Positions 50,405-62,260 of a DNA stretch of 64,000 nucleotides are shown here, piece after piece. The notes under the pieces are model-generated. The model was not told the origin of the DNA. It made no database searches and saw nothing but the letters and a program-made list of their open reading frames with translations. Position numbers and translations under genes: made by a program. Within the stretch, counting starts at the first letter, position 1. Every line of letters starts with the position of its first letter. The DNA lies in contig NC_069001.1 in assembly GCF_001194135.2 (NCBI RefSeq), positions 19,952,552 through 20,016,551 of the forward strand. Reading direction: 5' to 3'. Source of the DNA: Octopus bimaculoides (Eukaryota).

Positions 50405-50574
50405 TAAAACAGTTAGAGGGCTGCATGGAGCTGAATCAAACAGAAACCTATCTCTTTCTTGCTTAGATTACTGCAAGGGTTTCTGTTAGAAGTCCATGAA
50501 TCTGACTCAAACTGTTTTAAATAATACATGTAATTCCTAAATGTGTTGAGTGCCTTTTTCCTTCGTTTATTCAC

Positions 50575-52368
50575 TCACACTTATGTGTGTGTGTGGAAAT
50601 CTGTTTAGATGAGTGGTTAGTGAAAGCTGTACAAGCCATGTACAGTGATGCTGTTGGTAAGGTGAGGGTTGGCAACAAGTACAGTGAAGAATTCTGGGTC
50701 CTCCAAGGATCAGTCCTCAGTTCCCTCTTGTTCATCATAGTCCTCCAGGCAATAGTAGAGGAATTCAAGACAGGATACCCCTGGGAGCTTCTCTATGCTG
50801 ATGACCTTGCTCTAATAGCTGAGTCACTATCAGAACTAGAGACGTTTCAGGTGTGGAAGCAAAGACTAGAATCGAAGGGCCTTAGAGTCAATCTATCAAA
50901 AACCAAAGTCTTAATAAATAGGAAGGCAGACAAATCCCTTCAGGTAGATGGCCCTGCTCGATCTGTAGAAAAGGCATAGGTAGAAATTCCATAAGCTATG
51001 GACACATAAGATGTGCAGCAATATCAAAAGAAGGCTAACTGGGAAGATAGTTTTTGTGTGTGACAAATGCTCAGGGGTGGTAAACACTGAAAATGTGCAG
51101 AAAACAGCTTCTGTTACATTCCAGGAGGAAAAACTACAAGTAGTTGATAATTTCTGTTACCTAGGTGACCAAGTCAGTAGCAGGGTGGTTGCTCCAAGAG
51201 TGTAGCTTCTAGAATAAGAATAGCCTGGGCAAAGTTCAGAGAGCTCCTACCTCTGCTGGTGACAAACGGCCTCTTGCTCAGAGTAAAAGGTAGAATGTGT
51301 GATGTATGTGTGCAAACAGCCATGCTACATGGCAGTGAAATATGGGCTGTGACTGCTGAGGACATGTGTAAGCTTTCAACGAATGAAGTTAGTATGCTCC
51401 GCTGGATGTGTAATGTCAGTGTGCATACACGACAGATTGTAAGCACTCTGAGTGAAGAGTTGGACATAAGAAGCATCAGATGTGGTGTGCAAGAGAGATG
51501 ACTGCATTGGTGTGGTCATGTGTTGCGTATGGATGTGAAAAAGTGTCACATCCTAACAGTAGAGGGAACCTGTGGAAGAGGTAGTCCCAGGAAAACCTGG
51601 GATAAGGTGTTGAAGCACGACCTTTTAACGTTGGGCCTCACCGAGGTGATGACTAGTGACTGAGACCTTTGGAGATATGCTGTGCTTAAGACCTAGCAAT
51701 CCAAGTGATACTGTAACTATGGCCTATGCCAGTGCAGCATAACCAGCCTATTTAAGAGTACCCTTCAATCATTGGGCAATAAAGTGCGCTTGTGAAGACT
51801 TGTTGAGGCAAGTGAAGTCGTTGTCATGGCTAGTGACGGTACTGTCTGATTGGCACTTGTGCTGGTAGTATGTAAAAAGCACCATTCGAGTGTGGTTAAT
51901 GCCAGTGTCGCCTGACTGGTCCCATGCTGGTGACATGTAAAATGCACCATTTGAGAGTGATCGTTGCCAGTGCTGCTTGACTGGCTCTTGTGCTGGTGGC
52001 ATGTATAAAGCGCTATTCAAGCGTGGTCGATGCTAGTGCCGGCTGACTGGTTCCGTGCCGGTGGCACATAGAAAGCACCATTTGAGTGTGGTTGTTGCCA
52101 GTGCCACCTAAGTGGCTCCCGTGCTGGTGACATGTAAAAAGCTCCATTCAAGTGTGGCCGATACCAGTACTGCCTGACTGGCCCTCATGCCTGTGGCACG
52201 TAAAAAGCACCCACTACACTTTCGGAGTGGTTGGCATTAGGAAGGGCACCCAGCTGTAGAAACATTGCCAGATCAGATTGGAGCCTGGTGCAGCCTTCTT
52301 GTTCACCAGCCCTCAGTAAAACTGTCCAACCCATGCCAGCATGGAAAGCAGGCGTTAAACGATGATGA
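50575..52368 (+). mobile_element. 5'-truncated RTE LINE family A: RT, C-terminus, tandem-repeat 3' UTR and tail
   Basis: LQGSVLSSLLFIIVLQ..PWELLYADDLALIAE; LHGSEIWAV; five and a half ~66-nt units at 51858-52215; (GAT)n. Confidence 0.92.
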
Positions 52369-52384
52369 TATATATATATATAAA

Positions 52385-52630
52385 TCATCAGCATTTTAAC
52401 ATCCACTTTTCCATATTTGTATGAGTTAGATGGTGTTTGTTGAGGCAGATTTTTTACAGCTGGATGCTGTTCTTGTTGCCAACCCTTGTCTGATCCCAAG
52501 CAATGTAATATTTCCCTATTGCCAGGCATGTTTTTGCTGAATTTTGGAAATGAATGACACTACCAGTATGACTGATACTTATTTACAAATATCAGGCTAT
52601 ATAAAGACAAGGAGGCACAGTCTCTCTATT

Positions 52631-52666
<36 letters not shown>

Positions 52667-52670
52667 ACAC
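52385..52670 (-). mobile_element. SINE with RTE-like tail, 3' part
   Basis: catcagcattttaacatccacttttccat..cagctggatgctgttcttgttgccaaccc. Confidence 0.7.
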
Positions 52671-52790
52671 ACACACACATAATGAGCTTCTTTCTCTCTA
52701 TAAATATTTCATGTTAAACTGTTAATCCCTACACATATTTTCTCTCAGTTTTTTGTTCTTTCACTGTATTTTTTTTCCCCCTCCTCAATC

Positions 52791-52826
52791 CTTTCTGTCA
52801 AAGAGCATAGGCTCGATACATCAAAG
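52791..52826 (+). ncRNA. Decayed minimal hammerhead-like motif (Penelope-type LTR relic, ~52690-52915)
   Basis: cttt CTGTCAA a gagc atag gctc GATAC ATC aaag: stems I and II intact, four core substitutions versus CTGANGA/GAAAC/GTH. Confidence 0.4.
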
Positions 52827-52954
52827 ACTTTTCCGTTCTTCCTGAGCGTCAAGCTAATACACCTGCTTAAATGTTCCCTCACCTGTCTTCATCTTTTGTT
52901 TTCTGTAAATTTGAACTAGTAATATTTATTCATGTATCCTACCATTATATAGCC

Positions 52955-53020
<66 letters not shown>

Positions 53021-53029
53021 CACTAAGGA

Positions 53030-53955
53030 ATTGAATGAATTAGGTATTTGAATAATAAGCACCAGGTTGGATGGTCTCCTTGTTTAAGTTGATGAACTGA
53101 AGACAAGGTGTCTTCAGTTCATCTTTGGTGTTACAAGGGGTTTTATTGGTCTCTTGCCCTACACATAACCAAGGGGTGTTGCAGTCTGGGGCGTCAGGTG
53201 GCTAGATGTTAGGGGTGATGTGGTCACAGAAATTGTCTGACAGTTATGACTAGGTTCTCCTGCTTGTGTGGCTTGGTGCGGAGTCCTGTTTCCAGACATA
53301 GGGTCTTCCAACAGGGCAGCACTTCTCCTCCAGGCACTTGATGTAGGCCTCCATGTTGAGTCTGCAGTTATATGGGAAGATGAGTGATCACTCCAAGCAC
53401 CATTATGTTGACTGAATGTTTTGGGGACACGGCAAGCCAGTGGTTGTTCTGTGTGTTCACCATCTGATCTTGGCAGAAATTTTTCTCATCTGAGAAAAAC
53501 CAAAGCATGTTCGGTTGGAGGGGATGCTTGAGTTTGTTCAAAAGCTTTGTAGCGCAGTTTTGCCTCTTGTCCTTGATGGCTTGATATTAAAATTGACCCT
53601 TTCTCATCTTGTATGAGGAATATCGAATGTCTTCATGCACTACCTGCTTGATAAGAAACTCAGGCACTCCCATGTCCCTGATTGACTTGGAGGGATCATT
53701 GTCAATCTTCAATGAGAGTGAGTTTTCTGAGCTGCCGTATATTCGTAATCACCATTAGACTCCTCCAACTCTTTCTGAATCCTCTGCACTGTCCTCAGAT
53801 TGACACCCAAACACTCTGAAATATTTGTATTGGAGCTTCAAGTGCGAATACCAAGCAGTACAGCATGTCGTTTCCAAATTTCTGGCAGAGTGAATTGCAT
53901 CATGGTGCTGTTTTTTCTAACAGACAGTGCCTAACTGCCCCTACTATACTGTGTA
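53030..53955 (-). mobile_element. Decayed DD37D/maT-like DNA transposon
   Basis: MMQFTLPEIWKRHAVLLGIR; RPYVWKQDSAPSHTSRR..PPDAPDCN; KDELK. Confidence 0.75.
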
Positions 53956-54033
53956 GTTGACAAAATAAAAAACAAACGATGCTCATGCGCGAAATTAAAA
54001 ATATAAAACGGTAACAATTTATCCTTTGCACCC

Positions 54034-54375
54034 TCATCATCATCATCATCATCGTTTAACGTCCGCTTTCCATGCTAGCATGGGTTGGACGATTTGACTG
54101 AGGACTGGTGAAACCGGATGGAAACACCAGGCTCCAATCTAATTTGGCAGAGTTTCTACAGCTGGATGCCCTTCCTAACGCCAACCACTCAGAGAGTGTA
54201 GTGGGTGCTTTTACGTGTCACCCGCACAAAGGCCAGTCAGGCGGTACTGGCAATGGCCACGCTCGAAATGGTGTCTTTTATGTGCCACCCACACAAAAGC
54301 CAGTCCAGGGGCACTGGCAACGATCTCGCTCGAAAACCCTACGAAGGCCAGTCAGGCGGCACTGGCAACGGTCAT
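54034..54375 (-). mobile_element. RTE family A 3' UTR and tail
   Basis: (CAT)n gtttaacgtccgctttccatgc.. reverse of 1-232, with repeat units. Confidence 0.88.
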
Positions 54376-54475
54376 ATATATATNNNNNNNNNNNNNNNNN
54401 NNNNNNNNNNNNNNNNNNNNNNNNNNNNNNNNNNNNNNNNNNNNNNNNNNNNNNNNNNNNNNNNNNNNNNNNNNN

Positions 54476-55172
54476 TTAAAGTGGAGTAAAAAACCTATAG
54501 AATTGGTCCCTAGAGCAGTGGAAGAATATTATTTTCATGGATGAATCATCCTTTACCTTATTTCCGACCACCAGCTGAGTATACTTGTGTAGACAGCCGA
54601 AAGAAGCATTTGACTCAGACTGTCTTCTTCCAACTGTTAAACATGGAGGAGGATCTTTGATGATCTGGGGGGCTATATCTTGGAAATCCGCTGGCCCAAC
54701 GGTTTCCCTTCATGGAAGAATTAATAGTCAAGACTATTTAAGTATTTTTTCTGATCAAATTCATCCAATTGTTGCGGAACTGTTACTAGAGGGAAACGCA
54801 ATCTTTCAGGATGATAATGCACCAATTCACACAACTAAAGTTGTTACTGAATGGCACAAGGAACATTCTAGTGAATTTGAACATCTTATCTGGCCACCAC
54901 TGTCCCTAGATCTCAATATTATTGAACATTTATGGTGCATTTTAGAAAAACAAGTAAGGAGGCAATATCCTCCACCATCACCACTAAAGAACTGGAGACT
55001 ATTTTTGCTGAAGAATGGGCAAAAAATTCCTTTAGAAACAATTCAAACTTCGTACAAGTCCCTACCTCATAGAATTCAAGCTGTAATTACTACCAAAGGT
55101 GGTCCTACTCCATATTAAAATAAATTTGTTTGAAATTTTAAGGTATTTCCATTATTTTGTCCAAACCCTGTA
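54476..55172 (+). mobile_element. Tc1-like transposon 3' half, DD36E catalytic spacing; left part lies in the gap
   Basis: IIFMDESSF; TVKHGGGSLMIWG; QDDNAP..(36 aa)..IIEHLW; TIR tttgtccaaaccctg plus TA. Confidence 0.9.
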
Positions 55173-55175
55173 TCC

Positions 55176-55213
<38 letters not shown>

Positions 55214-55852
55214 TGTCATCATCATCATTATTATCCTCTAACATCCATTTTCCATGCATATATTTTTCTGTATACGACTCACACATACACATATATGTAT
55301 ACTTAGGCCAGATTGGTTTGTTTATTGAGTTGAGGTATATGTACTCTGATATATGTATTGGATATGTTTTGAGCCTTTCACTGAGATTGTATCTTGTGGA
55401 AAGTCATTTAATTTCCCGTGCCATTTGGCATTTCACAAATTAATACTTAAAGTAGTTCCTAGAAAAGCTATCCAATTGTAAGCCTACTCTCAAACACTGT
55501 GTTAGCATAAAATCCTTTACCAAGTGATATATGTACTAGCTGATATTAGTTGACAAAGCTGAGATTCATCCTTTATAAATAATAATGAAGTAAAATATCA
55601 GTAAGATTATTTACAATTTAGAATAACAGTATGCTTTGAGATTTCCAAATGTGGTAAGGTTACACCAATTCAAGCAGGTAACTTCTGTCTTCTGGTTGAA
55701 AAAAAAAAATTCTTTTTCATTTATGCTCTTCCTGTAAGACAGTACTGCACTCTTAACTTCCTGTAAGACAGTGGTGCATCAATCAACCAGTCCTGAATTG
55801 CATGATTACTGTATTGTAACAAAATCATTAGAGGACTAGAAGCAAAGGGCTA

Positions 55853-56105
55853 ATCATCATCATCATCGTTTAACGTCCGCCTTCCATGCTAGCATGGGTT
55901 GGATGATTTGACTGAGGACTGGTGAAACCGGATGGCAACACCAGGCTCCAATCTGATTTGGCAGAGTTTCTACAGCTGGATGCCCTTCCTAACACCAACC
56001 ACTCAGAGAACTTTTACGTGTCACCCGCACGAAGACCAGTCAGGCGGTACTGGCAATGGCCACGCTCAAAATGGTGTATCTTATGTGCTACCCGCACAAG
56101 AGCCA
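55853..56105 (-). mobile_element. RTE family A 3' tail
   Basis: catcatcatcgtttaacgtccgccttccatgctagc..cttcctaacaccaacc. Confidence 0.85.
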
Positions 56106-57769
56106 GTAATCCCACTTGATACTGATTTAATTGTTGCCTAGAAGTAAGGAGCAACATGTCAATGGACAGGACTCTAAATTCTAGATGAACTGCTCTCATT
56201 GACTACTACACTATGTGTTGAATTTATTTTTATAATTAAATGTATCTGTATACAGTCATGTTTTGAAATTTTTTAGGTTTTATTTAATCTGAATTTGAAC
56301 AACTGTTATATACTGAGAGAAATAAAACTACACATGAATCCAAACTAGCACACCAAAGCTAAAATAACTAAACTGATTTTGAAAAACAAGTGCAAGCAAA
56401 ACTCCACAAACTCATAAAAAAACCCAGTTGAATTGCTTAGTTATATGGGTGTATGAGGTCATTAGGTACAAGTCATTATTGCTTGTTGTCAGCTGTTGTT
56501 GATTTGGTAATGTTGATTGTTTGTGGGCTGGTAAGCAAGCATTGATCTTCTTTGTGTAGTCTCGCTTTTTTACTCTTAGTCTTATCACTCTGTAGTTTTT
56601 GTTTTATCACTGTATTCCCCTCTCCCCCTGCCAGGTCACTAAATTGTTTTCTCTCTCTTAGCGAGAAACACTATGTGTATACACGCGAATACATATGTGT
56701 GCATGCACACACTCACACACAAATATAGTGTGAAAGAGAGAGACCTATGTAAAATTCTTCTTATTCATAACTGAGAAAATTATGTTATATAGTGCAGAAC
56801 AAATTTGTTGTTGTGTGTGTGTGCGCGCGCACGCCTTTGATATGAATCTTTTTAAATCTTGTGTGTGTGTATATAAACACAAAATGGAGATCATCGTGTC
56901 AAAATGGTGTAAGAGACCTTGTTTCAACCAGCATTAACTGGCTAAAAGGAGCAAGGCAAAAGAGGCTGCAAATACATTGCCTGCACTGACCTGTAATCCC
57001 CATGCTGCAACATCTGTGGGCTTCTTAGAGTAGATTCTTGGCAGGACTCAAACGTCACATTTGACATAAGCGTTATGACTAACAAAGAAAGTGTATGTTG
57101 TCCAGATCCTTATACATTGAAACCAACTGGAGAGTCCATCACATATACGTGTATGTGCATTCATGTGTGTGTGTGTGTGTGTGTGTAATGTTTTTTCTGC
57201 ACACCCATTATTTAATGATGCTCTCACCAGCAATAGAGAGAAGTTTTTTTTTTTTTTATTTAATGTGTTGATACAATAAAGAACAAAATCCTTTTTGTGA
57301 ATTCTAAGGCCCAGACAAAAGGCTTTATCTGCAAGAGTAAATTAGTTGAAACATTTTATCATTGCAATGAATTGTTTTCTTGAAAATCTGATTACACAGA
57401 AACCAATGAATAGTCTTTGAATTTTAATATTATAAAGATGGACACAAGCATTGACTTTGCAACTATGGGATTTCAAGTTTAATCCCACTTTGGGCAAATG
57501 TCTTCTACTATAATCCCTAATAGGGTGATGAATACTGTCTTTCCTCCTCTAAGTAAAAAAAAAACAAAAAAAAAACAACTTTTTTTGAATAGAAATTAAA
57601 AGGTTGTGTGGGTTTATAACTACATACAGCTGTAAAGAAGCAAGAGCACTGTTATACATAAAGCATGGTAGGCATACACAGTGCTTTTTATGTTATTTAC
57701 ATACATATGTGCATGTGCACACACACGTGTGTAGACATAGCTGCATTATTAAAAGTTTGTTTCCAATGA

Positions 57770-58130
57770 CACGATTTTGGGTTCAGTTTCAATGAATGGA
57801 ATCTTGAGCAAGTGTCTTTTCCTATAATCCTGGGTTGACCAAATCCTTGTGAGGGAAGTTAGCAGATGGGAACTGAAAAATGTCCATTTTGTGTGTGTGT
57901 CCGTCCTTGTTACATAATTGTTGTAAACAAGTGTCACTGTCATACAAATGGTGTCATTTGTTTCCGGTCTTCTGTGGTAACATAATCTGGTAAAGTAGAA
58001 ATATCTTGCTTGGAAATAAGTGAAGGTTGCTGACAGGAAGGGTATCCAGCTGTAAAAAAACCTGCCTGAATGAATTCCACCTGACACATGCAACATAGAA
58101 AAGCAGATGCTAAAATGACTGATGATGATG
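57770..58130 (+). mobile_element. SINE family 1 head with RTE-like tail
   Basis: gggttcagtttc..ttgagcaagtgtctt..gacaggaagggtatccagctgtaaaaa..gatgatgatg. Confidence 0.75.
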
Positions 58131-58160
58131 GCACACACGCATATATGTATTCATTATTAC

Positions 58161-58575
58161 TATTGGGTTGGCAAGAAAGTAATTTTGGTTTTTTAGTTTT
58201 AAATGTCATTTTTTTTTCTTCATACAAAAAATGAACTTTAATCAATTATATATTTTCCATTTTGTTTGATGATCTTTTGCCATCTTTCTGGCAACTTCAT
58301 GATTCTGCACTCATAGAACTTCTACTTCTTATCAGCCAAAAACTGAAGTGTGATTTCAGGTCATCATCATTTTTAAAAGTTTTACCATTCAAAGAATTTT
58401 GAAAACTTTGAAATAAATGTACATATTTCAGTTTGGAGTTTATTTCACAACCATTGGAGCATGTTTCGTGAGTAGGAACCAGAAAGAGAAGTATGAACAT
58501 GCAAATGCTCATGTGCACACTGAATTCATAAAATGTAAGAGAAGAGTAAAATTGCATTGCGCATCTCAAAATAAA
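58161..58575 (-). mobile_element. Internally deleted mariner remnant
   Basis: TIR tattgggttggcaagaaagtaatt; LFQSFQNSLNGKTFKNDDDLKSH..KLPERWQKII. Confidence 0.75.
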
Positions 58576-59989
58576 ATGGGAGAGGAAAATAAAAACGCAA
58601 AATAAAACAAAAGAGAGGAATAAAACAAGTTATATGATGTTCTGCATGTCAACATCTGACACCACTGTCATGTAGCTTTGCTGTAGTTTTCTTGCTTTTT
58701 AAATGGCTGAATTCCATTTTTGACACAGCAACTGGTATTTTACATCTGATTTTAAATTGTTAAACATAAATGTAGATCTGGACACAGGTGCATGTGCATA
58801 CAGACACACACATGTGCATACAGACACGCACATGTGAGTGAGTGCATGTGTGTGATGAGCTTCTGTATATTTCCTTCTACCAAACTAGAATCTCCTCAGC
58901 AAAGCAGTCTTACCAGTAATGCTAGAGATATATTAAATTTTAGTAAATAAATACAGGGTGGTTTAATAGCTTGAAATAGTGACAGGAAAAATACCCAGCG
59001 TTGCATGCTTTTTGAAAACATAAATAGTAAAGTTGATGCTAATACATCTAATGTAGTGAGCTAAAATTGATGTCTATATCGCAGACTCACTCACTGCATT
59101 CTGTTTTTAATTAATTAAAATATTGGAGTTTTCTCTTTTTCTTTTCATGGCCAAAATAAATTGTAAAATCAATGATTTGTTTTTCTTGTCTCTAAAGTGT
59201 AATCTTAATCAATTACTATTTCTTTGCTCATTACATTATGTTAGCACGAACTTTACCATTTATTTTTTAATGCAACATGTCTGGATATTTCCCTCCCTCA
59301 TTCTGTTAATTCTTATAACAGATCTTAAGTAAAAATATTGATATATGTTACTGAAACACTGTCAGCCCTTCCTCTGAATACCTATCAGACCTTCCCTAAG
59401 TTACATATATCATACATTACCTGTTACCTCACCCTCCTCTCAGATGAAATTTAATAGAAAGTATGAGAGGGTTGTTTTCATAGACAAAACTATTGGCTGC
59501 TCTTCCTGCTGCATTGCTGTCTAACTTTATTTTCCCTCATGTAAGCGATACTAGTCTGTATTCTGCAAAGGAGCTTGTTCGTGATTGTTTGATCTGCTGG
59601 AAATAACAACCAATCTCTGAATTTTGAGTCAGACCCTATCATTTAAAAATAAAAAAGTTTATAGAACTGTCTACTTCCTGATATACAAAAAGACTGTATG
59701 GTCACTACTGTAACACCTTTCACCATTGGTCTATTCAGAAGCCAATGAAATAACACTTCTGTATGGTCACTTAAGCTAATAGAAATAGCAGTAAAATTTT
59801 TCTTAAATTACCTTATTAAATTATGACATTGGACAATATAGTCCTGTGTTCATAATAATGAAGTAATATATTTAAGAATTACATAATCATTTAGAGCATG
59901 TTATTTCTCCTAGTATATATACCAATTACTCTTGTTCATTCACTCATATTTGATTTTGGTGACTTTTGAACATAATTGCTGTTGATGTA

Positions 59990-60170
59990 TGGCAACTCTT
60001 TCTCCCCCCCTCTCTCTTTCTCACCTCTCTCTCTTTCTCGCCTCTCTCTCTTTCTCGCCTCTCTCTCTTTCTCGCCTCTCTCTCTTTCTCGCCTCTCTCT
60101 CTCTCCCTTTCTCCCTTCACTCTTTCTCCCTCTCTCTCTCTTTCTGTCCGCTCTCTCTTTCTCTCAAGGA
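59990..60170. repeat. CT-rich microsatellite/minisatellite (ctcgcctctctctcttt units)
   Basis: About four near-identical 17-nt units within a (CT)n tract. Confidence 0.9.
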
Positions 60171-60754
60171 TTAAAAAAAATATTTTGCTCCCTTTCATTT
60201 TTTTCCTTCTTTCATATGACCTGTGAATATTTTTTTTTCTCTCTGACTGCCCTCTTAATCTCTGCTTCTTATGCTACTTGACTTTGAGTAGCTTTCCCCC
60301 CCCCCCCTTTGTATCCTTTTTCTCTATCCTCTGACATCTTTCTTACCTTCTTTTAATTGTTTTTCTCCCCCTCATTCTCTTTGTCTCATCTTTCTATTTA
60401 CCTATGACACTCATCACATCCCTGTTGTTCAGCACTTGTATTGTAAATAGTCTCCAACACTACAGTATATAATTAAGTTATCTTTGTCTCTTTCAGTTTA
60501 ATTTTTTTATTTGTCTGGTGATTTCTTCAGAAGTCACCTGAAAACATTTTTGACAGTTTCTTTATAACTCAGTTATTAATTTGTATTGGGTGTTCTGCAA
60601 AGAAAAAACAGTAATTGGGATTTTATATATTAATTTTTAATATTTTATGCCCTCCCCACCCCACCCACTCACCCATACCAATGTTCTGCTAATTCTGTAA
60701 TTTGTGTGGACTTTTCTTTAATAAGTTAGAAGAGATGAGAAGTACCTATGACCT

Positions 60755-61318
60755 TTAACACGTTAGCATTTAAACTGGCCATGTCGGGCCCAAATATTCT
60801 ACCTGCTTTTGGCTCAAGCTGGCCAGATCTGGCCTCACATACTTATTCTACAATGTCATTTTTTATCTTGTTTCAATCATTTGACTGGCCATATTGGGGA
60901 TTCTTTTTTTGTTTTTGTTTTTTTTTAAGCCTATTACATATTCTACTGGTCTCTTTTGCCAAACTGCTAATTTATGCGGATGTAAGCACACCAACACCAG
61001 ATGTCAAGCAGTGGTGGGGGACAGACAACAAACGCACACACAAATATATATAAATGACAGGCTTCTTTCAGTTTCTGCTTACCAAATCCACTTACAAGGG
61101 TTCGGTTGTCCCGAGGCAGTAGTAGAAGACACTTGTCCAAGGTGCCATGCAGTGGGACTGAACCTGGAGCCATGGGAAGCAAGCTTCCTATCACACAGCC
61201 ATTCTGAAAATATACAATTATATAATGGAAATATTGAAACTGCAAAATAATGCCTGATTAATTAAAAATAATGTAAGCATTATATTTGATAGAATAATCT
61301 GAATGCTAGAGAGTAAAA
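60755..61318 (-). mobile_element. piggyBac-type MITE split by a SINE family 1 insertion (~60863-61200)
   Basis: MITE half ttaacacgttagcatttaaactggcc..caatgtcatt, then SINE, then attctgaaaa..tctgaatgctagagagtaa. Confidence 0.75.
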
Positions 61319-61702
61319 GATCTCTCTAAAATGGTGTGGTTGATGATGATGATGCTCAGTCTAAACATGAAGTGCAGAAAAAAGAAGTTTTTAAAAGATG
61401 GGTAAAGAAAGAATTCTAAAGGGTTACAGTTCTGGAAAGAAGGATTTGGTAAAATGTTTAGTGCAGGATCTGGGAGGTGAGACACAGTACAAATGGGAAG
61501 AGGCAGGGTGGAGATGGGTGGACCTGAGTGAAGAGAGTGTGCTTAGCTAGTCGGTAGCAAGTTCAGGAGAGCAGAAGTGAATGTATTAGTAATAGAAGAG
61601 AGATGTGGAGAGTGGAGGGCAGATGCTCATTTTTTAGTACTTGCTATTCAACTAATAGCTTGAGCCCAATGAAATCGGGCCCAGCATTTAACATCATCAA
61701 TT

Positions 61703-61749
<47 letters not shown>

Positions 61750-62026
61750 TCATTCTTCATAGTAATATGGGCTTGCTGGGATTTCAGTAGTTCTCTATAC
61801 CTGTCAATATATATGAGATCCAGTTTTCTAATACACAGCAGTCTATTACACAGTCAGTCTTTGTCATGTTTTCTAGGTGATGTTACATTCGCAGTCCTAC
61901 CCTAGCAGCTTTCTTTTTCTGTTTACACTTTGTTGTTCATTTACATTTAATGACACAGTTTTAAGCAAGTCTTTTAGGGGTTTTTTTTTTGTTACTTGTT
62001 GCTCTTTCTATTGTCGGTAATGTTTC

Positions 62027-62260
62027 TTATTTTTTTATTGCCCACAAGGGGCTAAACATAGAGGGGACAAACAAGGACAGACAAAGAGATCAAGTCGATT
62101 ACATCGACCCCAGTGTGTAACTGGTACTTAATTTATCGACCCCGAAAGGATGAAAAGCAAAGTCGACCTCGGCGGAATTTGAACTCAGAACGTAACGGCA
62201 GACGAAATACCGCTAAGCATTTCGTCCAGCATGCTAAGATTTCTGCCAGCTCGCCGCCTT
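62027..62260 (-). mobile_element. Young full-length SINE family 3 with 15-bp TSD
   Basis: ggcggcgagctggcagaa head, CpG-rich; TSD tgtcggtaatgtttc at 62012-62026 and 62268-62282. Confidence 0.9.

Noticed and set aside
51858-52215. Regular ~66-nt repeats as a CRISPR-like array
   Set aside because: Whole units repeat with no unique spacers, inside a eukaryotic LINE UTR.
59944-60281. ER-rich and SL-rich ORFs
   Set aside because: Translation of a (CT)n repeat.
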